Below, in pieces: positions 50,660 through 62,865 of a stretch of DNA of 64,000 nucleotides. Within the stretch, counting starts at the first letter, position 1. Each line of letters begins with the position of its first letter. The stretch is from positions 7,998,001 through 8,062,000 of the forward strand of contig CDPCPM010000037.1 of assembly GCA_976551045.1 (NCBI GenBank). The letters are read 5' to 3'. Both the position numbers and the translations under genes were made by a program. Under the pieces are notes generated by a model. The model did no database searches. It worked only from the letters and a program-made list of their open reading frames with translations, and was not told the DNA's origin. Source of the stretch: Glaucostegus cemiculus. Lineage: Eukaryota.

Positions 50660-51320
50660 CAATTTTTATATAATGCCCTTCACAACCTCCCAATTCCTCA
50701 ATCGCTTTGGAGTCAAATAAGGGGCGGCATGTAGCGTAGCAGTTAACGCAACGCTATTACAGTGCCAGTGATCAGGGTTCGATTCCTGTCGCTGTCTGTA
50801 AGGAGTTTGTACGTTCTCCCATGTCTGTGTGGGTTTCCTCTGGGTGCTCTGGTTTCCTCCCACATTTCAAAAAGACGTAAGGGTAGGTTAATTTGGGTTT
50901 AAAATGGGTGGCGTGGACTCATTGGGCCTGAAGGGCCTGTTACCACGCTGTAAATAATTTTTTTTTTTAATTTAAAGTTCTTTTTGAAGTGTAGTAATGT
51001 TGGATAAGCAACAGCCAATTTGGACAAGGAAAGATCTCACAGATGACAATGTGATAAGGACCAGGTAATGTGGTACCAGTGGAGTGATAAATGTTGACCA
51101 GGACCACAGAACTTTGTTCCTCTGAAATCGTACCATAGGAACTTTTATGTCCATGTAGATACCTGGCAAAGCCTCAGACTGACGTCCTATCAGAAAGATA
51201 GAGCCTTCAATAGTGCAGCTCTCCCTCAATAAGGAATCAGAAGCTTATGCTCAAGTATCTGGACAGGATTTAACCACAAACTTCTTACTAAAGGCAGAAG
51301 CACTATCAGCTGAGCCACCG
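50660..51320 (-). mobile_element. Deu-domain SINE (SacSINE1-like), split by a younger SINE
   Basis: Tail at 50660-50720 (tttatataatgcccttcacaacctc...cgcttt); body and head at 50973-51320 (ttttgaagtgtagt...cagccaattt...atcagctgagccac). Confidence 0.75.
50721..50970 (+). mobile_element. Full-length V-domain tRNA-SINE, tail type B (CR1-like tail)
   Basis: Head ggggcggcatgtagcgtagcagttaacg...gggttcgattcc, V-core, tail ttgggcctgaagggcctgttaccacgctgtaaataa. Confidence 0.9.
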
Positions 51321-52989
51321 ATTTATTAAAATTGTATAGGTTATGGAAGAGACATCTGTCAGTTATTGAAGACAGGCTCTCACATCACTTTGGTTAAAGC
51401 TGAAGAAATTTCCAGTCCCAAACTAAAAGAAACTGGAGGCATGGGAGATACAGGATTTAGCATCATCTTTTCCTCTGACAAAGTTTTCAGATAATTAACT
51501 GTGGCTTCAGGCCTTTCTCTGCCATTTGCACTGTGGCCAATAGCTTCTTGTTGATGTGCAGTCTGGGCCTATATCTTCTACAGTGCCTCATATGATATTT
51601 TTCCACTGAACACTCTTAGTGGGTTGGACAGTAATGAATTTGTTACATTGTCCAGCCATGTTTCCTCAGATTCCTCCACTTCCTATTTCTCCTCCAATAA
51701 TCAAGATCAAAAGAACATTAAATTGATAAGCCTTTGCACTTTTATTGTGTGCAGGAAAGCTGTTGCCTTCAGATGCTCAAAGGACTTTGTAAATCAATTT
51801 GGCAATTCTGCTAAAGCAGAGGGAATTAAAACATATGTAAATGTTTCCGCACTAAAAGGCTGAATGGCTTTGTCACTGTGGTCTAGCCAGAATCAGATGA
51901 GAACTGTAAATCACGTCCGTATAAGGAAAGTTTCCTTGTTATTTTTCATGCTAAGTAGCTGTGGTACAAAAGCAGGCATCAATTCAGAAAAGTTACATTT
52001 GCTTCTGACTATGAGGGTGGGTGGGTGGACTTCTTCATCTCAGTAAGTGGATTGTTGGACAGCACAAAGGCTCCAGGGAAATAATACATAAATCAAATAA
52101 TAGAATGATTCATTTGTGGCATTATTTTCTAGAACTTCTCAATTGGAACTATGAAATTTGATCCATCACCATAGGCTGGATTGCCCTGGATCCAGCCCCT
52201 GCCCAGAATCACCAGTCATGGACTGCACCCACCAGACTTAACTTATACAAGGGCCAATGAATTGATCTCCCACACCCAACAGGAATCTGGTAATGTGAAG
52301 CAGGATCCAATGTTGATGAGGTCTCAGCTGGAGAATCCTTAGGCCCAGCCCTCATGGCCTTGTGACAAGTTGCCATTTTGAATTTTGAAGAGACATTTTA
52401 AAGAAGTAAAAATAAGTTTTAAAAAACCTTCATATGCTAACAAATAATTAAGAGCATTAGTTACCTGCACTTAGATTTACCACAGAGATATGGAGTGCAT
52501 CCTGTTCCCCAGCCCCCAATATGTCAGTGTTCCATCACTCAATGGCAGGTCCAGTGGTGGAGTGAGTTGCCAGGTGTATTTGCAACTGACCTGCAGCTTG
52601 CCTCAGACGTCAACTTTGGTCGAGTCTGCACAGACATCCGGGACATGCTGAGGACCAAATGGTCAACAGCCATGATTCCCTACAGAAGCACTGGCAGCCA
52701 ATTATCTCTGTGACTTGAGCCCAGGAAACTTTGGGCTACTATTTTGGTATTACATTAAGCATTACTCACATGGTTTTGTTTACAAATAGTGATGTGGCAA
52801 TTGTAGTTTGTGTTGTGTTTAGTTCCAAAAATAATGGCACAAATGAATTATTTATTTGAATATACATATTAATTCTTTGGAACCTTAGTGCTACTTCAGT
52901 AATCTTGAAAACAGTTCTCTAGCTTAATGTGGCCATGTCTTACGATTTCCTAAGTAGGTAGACCTCTCTACAATTCATTAAATCCTCTG

Positions 52990-53125
52990 GCTGCTCCGGT
53001 TTCCTCCCACATTCCAAAAACGTACGGGTTAGTAGGTTAACATGGGTGTAATTGGGCGGCATGGGCTCATTGGGCCGGAAGGGCCTGTTACTGTGCTGTA
53101 TAAATAAAGTTTTAAAGTTTTAAAA
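52990..53125 (+). mobile_element. V-domain SINE 3' half, tail type B
   Basis: tgctccggtttcctcccacattcc...ttgggccggaagggcctgttactgtgctgtataaataaagttttaaagttttaa. Confidence 0.85.
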
Positions 53126-53874
53126 TATCTTAACTATCATTCAAACAATACAAAATAAGATGCTTATATTTAAACTGCCTTGGACTTGTGATTATTTGTG
53201 TGACCATTCACTGGCACTTCTTGTGATTAAGGAATGCTAGAGAATCATTTTAGTGCTGAAATATTCAAAACAATACTAAATAAAACATTTTCCTCTTTGC
53301 TCTATTTATACATGCAGAATGTTAGGAATTTATGTCATGATACTGGGCTCACTAATTTCAATTCCTCAAAAAATCTGTCAATATTTCTCAACCCAGTGTG
53401 GAAGTGAACTTTTGAGACCAGTTGGCTCCGAGTTCATTCCCTGATCCGTGCTGAGTTGGTGCCACAGTTTTATACCTTCTGAAAAATCATATAAACAGTA
53501 TTCCCTTTATCCATAGAGTTACATGTATGCCTCAAAACAACCCAAGTAATTTGTATAAATTCAACATGTTTTTCACAAATCTACTTAGTTCTCCTTGATA
53601 TTCCAGGTCATTTGATCTTCAAAAGACTTTGCCGACCACTGAGTTTATACCAGACTGGTACAATTCATCATTTATCTCCTTGCACTGATGTGTTGCAGTA
53701 GCAACCTTCTACTTAACAAGCAAAGTTCAGTTATCAGAGGAAGATGCACACTATTTCTTATTCCTCCTTTAAATTTCTTAAACAGTTTGAGACCATCTGA
53801 ACTCGTGACTTAGTTATTTTCAGTTTACCATTCTTTCAGGACCAAGGAATAAGAAAATACATTAGCGTAGTAAA

Positions 53875-54215
53875 ATGGAGAAACAAGAGACTGTAGATGC
53901 TGGAATCTGGAGTGAAAACAAACTACCAGAGGAACTCTGTGGTTCAGACAGCACGTGGAGGCAAAGGGATCATCGATGTTTTGGGTTATGACCCTGCATC
54001 AGGATTGGTAGAATGAAGGGAAGATAGCCCATATAAAGAGGTGAGAGGTGATAGGTTGAACCAGATGAGGAGGGAATGATGGGCAAACGGAGCCAGGTGG
54101 GGGAGGTGAGAAGTGTGGAGACAGAGGCTGGTGGGTAATTGGTGGAAAGAGGTAAGGGAAAAGCAGATGGTGTCAGATGGGAGAAGGGAGGGGGAAGATA
54201 GTTAAGGCAGTACCT
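53875..54215 (-). mobile_element. Penelope-like terminal repeat fragment
   Basis: tggagaaacaagagactgtagatgctggaatctggag...ggaggcaaagggat...accctgcatcagga followed by a purine-rich tract; homologous to 63053-63228. Confidence 0.75.
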
Positions 54216-54279
54216 TTTCTAACCTCTCAGGATATTCTTGGCCACAACTTTGGGGAATGAGATTAATAGCAATGCTCAG

Positions 54280-55233
54280 AATGTCATATATATTAATGAT
54301 CTGGATGAGAATGTAGGTGGCATGATGAATAAGTTTGTGGATGACACTAAGATTGTTGGTGTGGTGGACAGTGAAGAAGGTTGTCTAAGGTTACAATAGG
54401 ATATAGATCTACTGGGAAAGTGGGTAAAGCAATGGAAGTGTGAAGTGATGCATTTTGGGAAGTTAAACCAAGGCAGGATATACACAGTAAAATGACAGGG
54501 CCCTGGGAAGTGTTGTAGAACAGAGAAACCAAGGGGTACAGTACTTAGTTCCCTAAAAGTGGTGGCACAGGTAGACAAGGCAGTGAAGGCATATGGCATG
54601 ATTGTCTTCATCAGAATGGGTATTCAGTACAAGGTCAAGAGATGGGATATCACGGCACAACTGTACAAGATATAGGTGAGACCGCACCTGGAATATTGTG
54701 TGCAGTTCTGATCACCATACTTTAGGAAGAATGTGATTAATCTCGAGAGGGTGCAGAAAAGTTCCACAAGGATGTTGCTGGGACCGCAGGGCTTGAGTTA
54801 TTAGGAGAGACTGGATAGGTTGGGACTGTTTTCCCTGGAACAAAGGAAGCTCTGGGGTGACTTTATAGAGGTTTGTAAAATCACAAGGGACATAGATAAG
54901 GTGGATGGACTCAGTCTTTTTCCCAGGATAAGGGAGTTTAAAACTAGAGGGCATAGTTTTAAGGTGAGAGGGGAAACATTTAAAGGGAGCCTGAGGGGCA
55001 GGATTTTCATGCAGAGGATGGTGGATATAAGCAACGAGCTGTCAGAGGAAATGGTAGAAGCAGGTACAATTACAATGTTTAAAAGGCATCTGTACAGGTT
55101 CATGGATAGGAAAGGTTCAGAGGGATATGGTCCAAGTACAGACAAATGGTATCTAGCTCAGGTAGACACCTTGCTCTTCATGGACGAGTTGCTTGAAGAG
55201 GCTGTTTCCATGCTGTATAATTCTATGACTCTA
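54280..55233 (+). mobile_element. CR1 LINE, 5'-truncated (RT catalytic region to 3' end)
   Basis: VIYINDLDENVGGMMNKFVDDTKIVG, VRPHLEYCVQF, LGLFSLEQRKLWGDFIEVCKI...TRGHSFKVRG; tail tgtttccatgctgtataattctatgactcta; several stops and frameshifts. Confidence 0.93.
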
Positions 55234-55599
55234 GTGTTGGCTGTTATAATACAGGGGAGCCGTATTCCTTTCTGTAGTTGTGTCAAACAAATTCTCCACA
55301 TCCCACTTTAGTGCACTTGCTACTATTTGCATACAGATACTACATATTAAATTAAAATCTCTACTGTACATTCATCTTCAACTGTCAGACTCTCTTTATT
55401 TCAATGGATGATTTCTTTATTGCTTTAGAAGGACATAATTTATTGTTATACAAAGAATCAGCAAATTTGCAAGACAGAGGAAGGCTAGCAGCCTCATTGT
55501 GTCCATGGGGTTAGAAAAAGTGTTCCCTATGAATTCCCACCTTCCAGCACAGTCCATAGCCCAATTGGCAACCACAACCTCAGCACATCCCAAAGTAAT

Positions 55600-55950
55600 T
55601 CACAACTAATATTGCATTCATGCTCGTGGAATCCTTTGAAGTTAGTTATCACTGTAAATTAAAGGAAATGCAACAGTCAAATGTATTCATGAACTACCAA
55701 GGAAACACTGAGATTAATGATGGGATAATAATCATGTTGGCTGAGTATACAGTAAATATTAGCCCAGAAACCAGTAGAACACCTGCTTTAATTCTGAAAA
55801 AATGGACAGAATTAGTAAGAGGGCAGACAGCACCTCAGCTTAATGTGTCACCTGAAAGGTTGCATAGGTTAGACAGTACAGCAATACATTGGGATATTGG
55901 TGAAGTCTCTTGAGTGAGGTTGGATCAGAGAAACCTCTGGCTCAAACGCA
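55600..55950 (-). mobile_element. Deu-domain SINE, old copy
   Basis: ctttgaagttagttatcactgt...ggaaatgcaacagtcaa...taaatattagccc...gagggcagacagcacctcagcttaatgtgtcacctgaaagg; homologous to 50973-51320. Confidence 0.65.
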
Positions 55951-56404
55951 ACTGTACATTTGATCTGGTGATTTATTTATTTATTTATTTTAAGCTTTAA
56001 TTTTTTTTTACATATAGTCTGTATTTTCCTTTTGCCCTTTTTTTTTGTCTTTTTTCCTTCCTTCATCATATTTTCAGAGATTTTACTCATTTCATTATAA
56101 ATCTAGTCTTAATTTAGTTTAGAACTTAAAGTATTCATGGATTTTAATGGTGCAAAAAATTTTCTTTTCACCTGTGGGAGGATGACCATGTGTCACATTG
56201 TTGAAGGATCCTACATCATTTTATAACTTTTCTGATCAGCTAATTTGGTCCAAATCCCTTATTTCAACATAGTCTCAATTTTGCATCTTTAGTTTTGATA
56301 GTTTTATTTTTTTCTTCTTGTTTTTTTCATTGACTCGTGGGTCTAATGCAGATACCACTTCTCATTCTAAACTTACTTTTCTTCATGCTTTCTTATGACA
56401 GTAA

Positions 56405-56734
56405 GGGAGGACATTTGGCCCATTGACTCCATGCCAAACCTCCAAGCATTCCTATCCATCTCATTCCCCACTTATTTCCCTGTGAGCTATTCTCTGTCAC
56501 ATGGTCATCAAGTTTTCCTAATTCTCCTTCTACCCACCCACACTACAGGTAATTTACAGTAGCCAGTTAGCATCTCAGCACATCTTTGGGATGTGGGTAG
56601 AAACCAGAAGATCCAGGGCAATCCACACTTAGAGAGGGAATGTCCAAGCTCTACACGGACAACAGTGAAGATCAGGACTGAACCTGAGTCAACAGAGCTG
56701 TTCAGCAGTCAAAGCACTGTGCCACTGTGCTGCC
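56405..56734 (-). mobile_element. Older full-length V-domain SINE (HE1-like) with CR1-type tail
   Basis: Antisense head gcactgtgccactgtgctgcc, V-core tctttgggatgtgggtagaaaccagaag, tail ggaggacatttggcccattgactccatgcc. Confidence 0.75.
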
Positions 56735-57764
56735 TATTCAATGCCAATTTTCCTCATTCTGTCATCAGTTTTTTGCCCCAAATCAATTTTCAAACCAAAG
56801 CTTTCTTTCTTGTGGCTCCAGATATATACTAAAGAAGTTAATAAGAAATAAAGCAAAGTGCTGTCTATACTGGAAACACACAGAAGGCCAGGCACTATGT
56901 GTGAAGAGAGAGCAACATTTTGGGTCCATATCTTTAGTGAGAATCGAAATACAGAGGAACTGATCTACGTTACAGAAGTATACTGTTCAAGAACCCAGAG
57001 TGAGAATCAAATTACTCTCAGCTGTGACAACTCCCACAGTTAGTGTTCTTGCCAGTGAATTCAGGAAGGGAGAAAATGGAAAAAAAATAAAAGGAATGTT
57101 TGATAACAGCACTTCCTCTGTAGGCTGCTTCAATATAGAAGTGCCCACACAATACATTCTTATATGTCAAATAAATATACTCATACATTCACCCATATGA
57201 AGCATGCAGAGAAAGTGTACTGTTAATAAGAAGAGACGTTTTACTACTTCAGTAGCCACATTTAAAATCAACTGATTTATAATTTCCTAGAGGAAACAAA
57301 AAGATTTGACAATCTTCCAGCAGTGGTGTAAGACATCAGCATTCTTTGCTGATGCTTGTGGTAATGAGTAATCATAAAACCTTAGTAGTCAGCTAACTGG
57401 AATTCTTTTAAAATCCTGTTTTTGCAGAAATTGTGTTGAAGTGAGAATCTTAATAATGTGCAATTAAACCAGACACAAAGACAAGCAATGTGTATTCATG
57501 TATTTTCTGCTGGATCTCTCATGATAAGTTTGAGAGCAAGTTATTTGATGACCAAGTAATTGAACTATGTAACACACATTACTCTATCTCGCACTGGAGT
57601 TGCTTGCAACCTAACTTATTTTTTAAAGGTCACAGCGTCTTGCTATTAGAAATGGAGTTGGTCTAGAAATTCACCAACACACAATGGCCTTTTGCTGCAA
57701 ATTTCAGTAGAGCCAGAAGCCTAAGATTTGGGCATGAATGCAAACGAGTAATAATTTTCATACA

Positions 57765-59075
57765 ATATAGAACTCAGAACATCATAGAACAGGAGCAGGA
57801 ACTTCGGCCCACAATATCTGTGCTGACCATGATGCCAATCCAAACTAATCCCATTTAACTGCATGCGGTCTATATCTCTCCATTCCCTGCCTGTTCTGGT
57901 GCCTGTCCAAATGCTTCTTAAATGTGTCTGCTTCCACCACCTCCCCTGGCAGCTCATTCCATGCACATTCCACTCTTTCTATAAAAAACTTGCCTTGTAA
58001 ATCTCCTTTAAACTTTTCCCCTCTCACTTTATACCCTCTATTATTTGACATTTCCACCCTGGGGAAAAGACCCTGACCATCTGCCCTATCATGCCTTGAG
58101 TAATTTTATATGCTTTTATCAGGTTGTTCCGCAGCCTCTGATGCTCTGGAGAAAACAATCCAAGTTTGTCCAACCTTTCCTTATGGTTAATACTCTCTAA
58201 CCCAGGCAGCATCCTGGTAAACCTTTCTTATACCCACTCCAAAGCCTCAACATACTTCCTGTAATGTGGCAAGCAGAACCTCACATAATACTCCAAATGT
58301 GGCCCAAATTTTATACAGCTGCAACATGACTTCTTGACTTTTATACTCAACATCCTGACCAATGAAGGCAACTCTGCCGTATGCCTTCTATACCAATCTA
58401 TCTGCTTGTGTTGCCATTTTCAGGGACCTATGGACTTGTAGCCCAAGATCCAGCTGTACATCAATGGTCCTGTCGATCCTACTATTTTCTGTATACTTTC
58501 CTCCAACATTTGACTTCCCAAAGTTCAACACCTTATACTTGTCTGGATTAAACTCCATCAGCCATTCCTCCAATCATAATATTTCCAACTGATCTTTCTC
58601 CTTCCATATCCTTTGACCCCCCCCCCACCCTTTCCACACTATTCACAAATCTGCCTATTTTCTATTGTCTGCAAATTTACCAATCTGCACACCTACATTT
58701 TCATCCAAATCGTTTATACATATCACAAACAGAGATCCCAGCACTGATCCTGTGGAACACCACTGGTCACAGACCTCCAGTCAGAATAACACCTCTCCAC
58801 TGCTACCCTCTTCTATGCCAAGCCAATTTTTAATCTAATCTACCAATTCTTCATGGATCTCGTGTGCCTTAATCTTCTAGATTAGCCTGCCATGAGGGAC
58901 TTTGTTGAAAGCTTTACTAAAGACCATGCAGACAACGTCCACCATCCTACCCTCATCAACTGTCTTGATCACCTCCTCAAAAAACTCAATCAAGTTTGTA
59001 AGACATGACCTTCCCCACACAAAGCCATGCTGAGTGTCCATAATAAATCTATTATCTTCCAGATGTGAGTAGGTC
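57765..59075 (-). mobile_element. CR1 LINE, 5'-truncated (~1.3 kb)
   Basis: QHGFVWGRSCLTNLIEFFEEV..VDVVCMVFSKAFNKVPHGRL; WLMEFNPDKYKVLNFG; MLPGLESINHKERLDKLGLFS; WNELPGEVVEADTFKKHLDRH; tail catagaac. Confidence 0.93.
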
Positions 59076-59879
59076 CTGCCCGACACATTTCATGGTGGAA
59101 AATGTGTCAGATGGGACTGAAGCTAAGTCCAGAGTGACAGACAAGGGAGGGAGAGCGATGGCAGTCATGGGTTAAGATTCAAGGCCTGTGAGTAAGTTAG
59201 TGAGCAGGGTAACTGGATGGGGTTTGGTGAGGGTGGGGTCATTGACAAATGGGCTAGCGTAGGAGGGATTGACTAACAGATTGGGAGGCTAAGGTGACCT
59301 GGGAGAGGGCCCGGACTGACAGTTTGGCATCTGGATGGAGGTCTGCTAAAGACTGTCAATCAGTCGAGTGCCTGGGTTATAGATGGAGGTTAATGGCCAA
59401 GGACCGAGGACCAGGGTCAGAAACCTACACTGGAGGAAGAAAAACTTCAGGGAATCCAAAGGTCAAAGAAACTGAAACAACAGACGGTCAGGTGAGGGTG
59501 TTAGATGGAAGTTTTCCTGAAATTTTGGGGGGGATTCCTAGTCTGGAACAATAAGGAAAATCAGAAAGCTGGTAGTTATGTTCTGGGCCTGACTGGAAAT
59601 GAGGGGATGTGGAAGGGAGATGGTGTGGGAAGGCCTGGAGATCAATCTCATCATACACCTCAGCTACCCAGCAGCCATTCCCACCTACAACCTTGGAGAC
59701 CTACTGGGCAAAAGGCTGAGATTTGGAGGCCGTATCTAGTCCAACACAGGGATGCCTACTTATTCACAATTTAGCTGTTGCTGAAATTGTCATCATATTT
59801 TCATTATCTCTGGATTTAACAAGTCCTTCACTCTTTTGATTGGCTTCCCATGTGCTACCCTGAGGAAACATGTGCCCAT

Positions 59880-60290
59880 GCAAAAGGTCTGCTGCAGTTA
59901 TCTTTACTTCAGCTACAGATTATCCATCATGCTTGTGCTTGTTGACTTTTACTGCCCTCAGCTTCATCAATTCCTCAGTTTTAAAAACTGGATCCATATT
60001 TTCATGGCGTTTACCATCCTGTCTCAGCAACCTCTTCCATCTCTGTGGTATTTGTCCAGTCCTGGCCCCTTGTGCGTCCTGCATTTCAATTGCTCCACAT
60101 TGGTGGCATTGTGTCGATTCCATGGTCTTAACGTCTAGAGTTCCTTCCTTAAACCTCTCTTCTTCTATAAAATCCTCCATTAAAACTAAATGTTTGACTA
60201 AGACCTTGTTCCCTTGTCCCGATATCTCTTTCTCTGGTTCTATGTTAAACCTTCAAAAGTAAAACTCCAGTGATTCAGCATCTAATTGTT
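59880..60290 (+). mobile_element. L2 LINE 3' fragment
   Basis: ttttaaaaactggatccatattttcatgg...ctcagcaacctcttcc...ttccttccttaaacctctc...taaaactaaatgtttgactaag. Confidence 0.55.
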
Positions 60291-60611
60291 TGGATATCCT
60301 GATGGCTCAACATCAGGTTCACTCATTGATCCTGAGTGTGACCTGCTGATCTGGACTGTGAGTGGAGTGAATGGCCAGATCCACAGTCTGGAGTATGGCC
60401 AGGACTGGGGTCAGGTCTATGGGCCGGTGTGTGGCTGGAGTTAGGGTTGGGTCAGAAACACTGGGGGTCAATCTGAGACATACAAGTTGAAACTGGCAAA
60501 GCTGTAACTCACTGAGTTTTATTTCCCACTCCTTTTAAACTCACCTGGTTCACTGGAAAATTTATTATACTTCTGCTTAATGTGTAAAAAATGTGAACAG
60601 TGAAAAAGTGT

Positions 60612-60720
60612 GTCAGATCAGATCAGATCAGTTTATTGTCGTAGATACTAGGTGCAATGAAGTTCCTTGTTCGCATGAAGCTCACAGACTAAACTGTAGA
60701 CGTGGTAATAATAAATACAT
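60612..60720 (-). mobile_element. LINE 3' tail ending in (CTGAT)n
   Basis: tcagatcagatcagatcagtttattgtc...gtgcaatgaagttccttg; antisense AATAAA followed by a short tandem tail. Confidence 0.55.
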
Positions 60721-61839
60721 CAAAAAACACAGCAATAAACTTATTTGGTTATTAAGAGGAATAACATCTCTAAAGTATGGAAAATCTATTAGTCCGGCAC
60801 CACCAAAGTCCCAAGGGTGCTGGATTATCATATTTTGACAGCATTTGATAATGCTCCTGTTGATCACTTTTGGACATTCCAGTGCTGTGGAAGTATTAAA
60901 TAAATAGTTTGTGGTTGTTATTTGGCTCACTCTGCATAGATCAAGTATCCAACCAAAAAGTAATATTAATTAATTATTTCTCTTCTTTCTAAGATAAAGA
61001 AAATCATTCCATCAGTCTGATTGTATGTTCCTAAGGTAGTATATAAATTATAATTAAGGTAACTTGTATCAATGGAGAAAATGCACTGCGGCAAACAGGC
61101 ACAATCCCAATTTAGCAGGTGCTGCACTCATCAGTTGAGATCCCCCTGAGAGAGGAGATGGCAAACAGACTATTCCCATTCCAGTTTACACTCTTGTTAA
61201 AGTGTGACGCATTGAGGGTAAATATCCAAAGTTTTAACATCAAAAAATTAATTTCTAAATCACACACAAACACCATTTCAGTTTTTGCTGAACAGAATAA
61301 AGCTGGCAAAGTTTACCGATGTTAGCCAACATTTTGTAATGTTATTTGCCTCACATAATTATAATAATCAAGTTTATTTTATAGTCAACACCTCAGGTGA
61401 CAGCTCCCCAGGAGTCTGTTTTTCTGAGATTTTGTTTGGAGGAATTTTGTGTTTAGCAGAGTGCTGGTGAGCTAAAATGATCTTCTAATGTTTGTCATTG
61501 TTCACAGCAGTGAACATTCTTCAGTTTGATGCAAAATAAAAGCAAATTTGACTCAAATCTCCAATTTACCTTGGTGCTAACCACAGAAGAGGCCTGGTAT
61601 TTCATAGGTGTGAATTGTTTTACATTTCAGAGTAACTTCCTTATTGTACTCAGAAAAAAAGTGTCAATTAATGCTGAATCTCAGCCACTTTGCTACAGGG
61701 GTTCCATGTCGTGCTCTATCAATTGATAGAGTAAGCTTTAATTACTTTGGAGGTGGATTCAGTTCCAGGTTCAAGTAGCTATACAGTTTGCTTAAAAACA
61801 TTCAATCGGACTTTCTATATGGATTCGCTTTGCAAAGTG

Positions 61840-62035
61840 ATACCAATCACTGGACCTTAGGTTTACTTCCAGTCTGTGCTGAGGTAATTGATTTCAAACA
61901 GATAGTTGAGAATGGCAATGGTAAATAGAAATGGTCTCAGTGCTTGTGAATTAAGGAGGAAGAAACTTTAGTTTCTGTCCCTGAAGGCTATTCAATAAGC
62001 CTACCTGAAATCTGAATTGTGTGAGTATTGGGTCT
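61840..62035 (+). mobile_element. Ancient tRNA-SINE remnant (AmnSINE2-like)
   Basis: ccagtctgtgctgaggtaattgatttca...aatggtctcagtgcttgtgaattaaggaggaagaaa...gtccctgaaggctattcaa. Confidence 0.45.
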
Positions 62036-62744
62036 TGACCACTCTCCTGCCCCCAAGTAATGCAATGAACTTGCACTTTATCACCTTTTCTTCATTGTCC
62101 ATCCAAGGTTTTCCATGAGGTATCTTCCCACATTTCTTCCCGAGTATATGCAGTAAGTTATTCTACAGGATTTTAAAGTTGTCTCTTCTCATATTGTCTC
62201 TCTGATTTTACTGCCTTCCTCTATTCCATCCAGACAGGTGAACTTTCTCTTCTTTGTTCACAGCAAAATCCTCAGCTATGAACTCTTACAGGTTTCTCCA
62301 CATACATAGCTGAGTGTTATCAATCTCAGGCAAGGCCATCTCTGATAATTTCTCCCTCATCAGACTGCCCTCTATCCACTTTGAGTCTCAATGCTTTCTG
62401 TATCTTTCCCTGGAGAAAACATCTGCAATGTGTTAATTTTTGACCTATTCACCATGATACCTGTGCAACTGTTGATTTGGTAAACTAATCATTTAAAAGA
62501 CAATTATCCATTTATTGTTATCTAGACTCATCTATTTCACTGTTTTTTGTCTGCTCTTCCTTTATCTTCACATCCAAAACTTTGATCTCTATCCTAACTC
62601 ACACCAGGTCTTGATTAAGCACTCCTTGCTTGCTGAACTGTATTGACACTCAGTAGAGAAATGCATCAAATGTTAAATTCTCACCAGATAAATTTTTGAC
62701 CTTGCCACTCTTTGATCCATGATCTCCTCCAGCCATACTGTCTT

Positions 62745-62865
62745 CCGATAAATCACCCTCAATCTACATCACAAAAGCATTAACTGGTCGTTATCACATT
62801 GTGATGTGTGAGTGAGTGCATTTGTACATAATTTGGCTGTTATGTTTTATACATTGCAACATAAT
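62745..62865 (+). mobile_element. Deu-domain SINE fragment, adjacent to decayed L2-like DNA at ~62050-62740
   Basis: ccctcaatctacatcacaaaa...ctggtcgttatcacattg...tttggctg...tacattgcaac. Confidence 0.55.

Noticed and set aside
50721-50795. tRNA-like sequence with A and B boxes (also 39845-39914)
   Set aside because: These are SINE heads continuing into V-core and tail, not tRNA genes.
2934-62000. The many 60-110 aa ORFs in the track
   Set aside because: Many start at TTG/GTG, and none shows a recognisable host domain; those with homology are retroelement debris.
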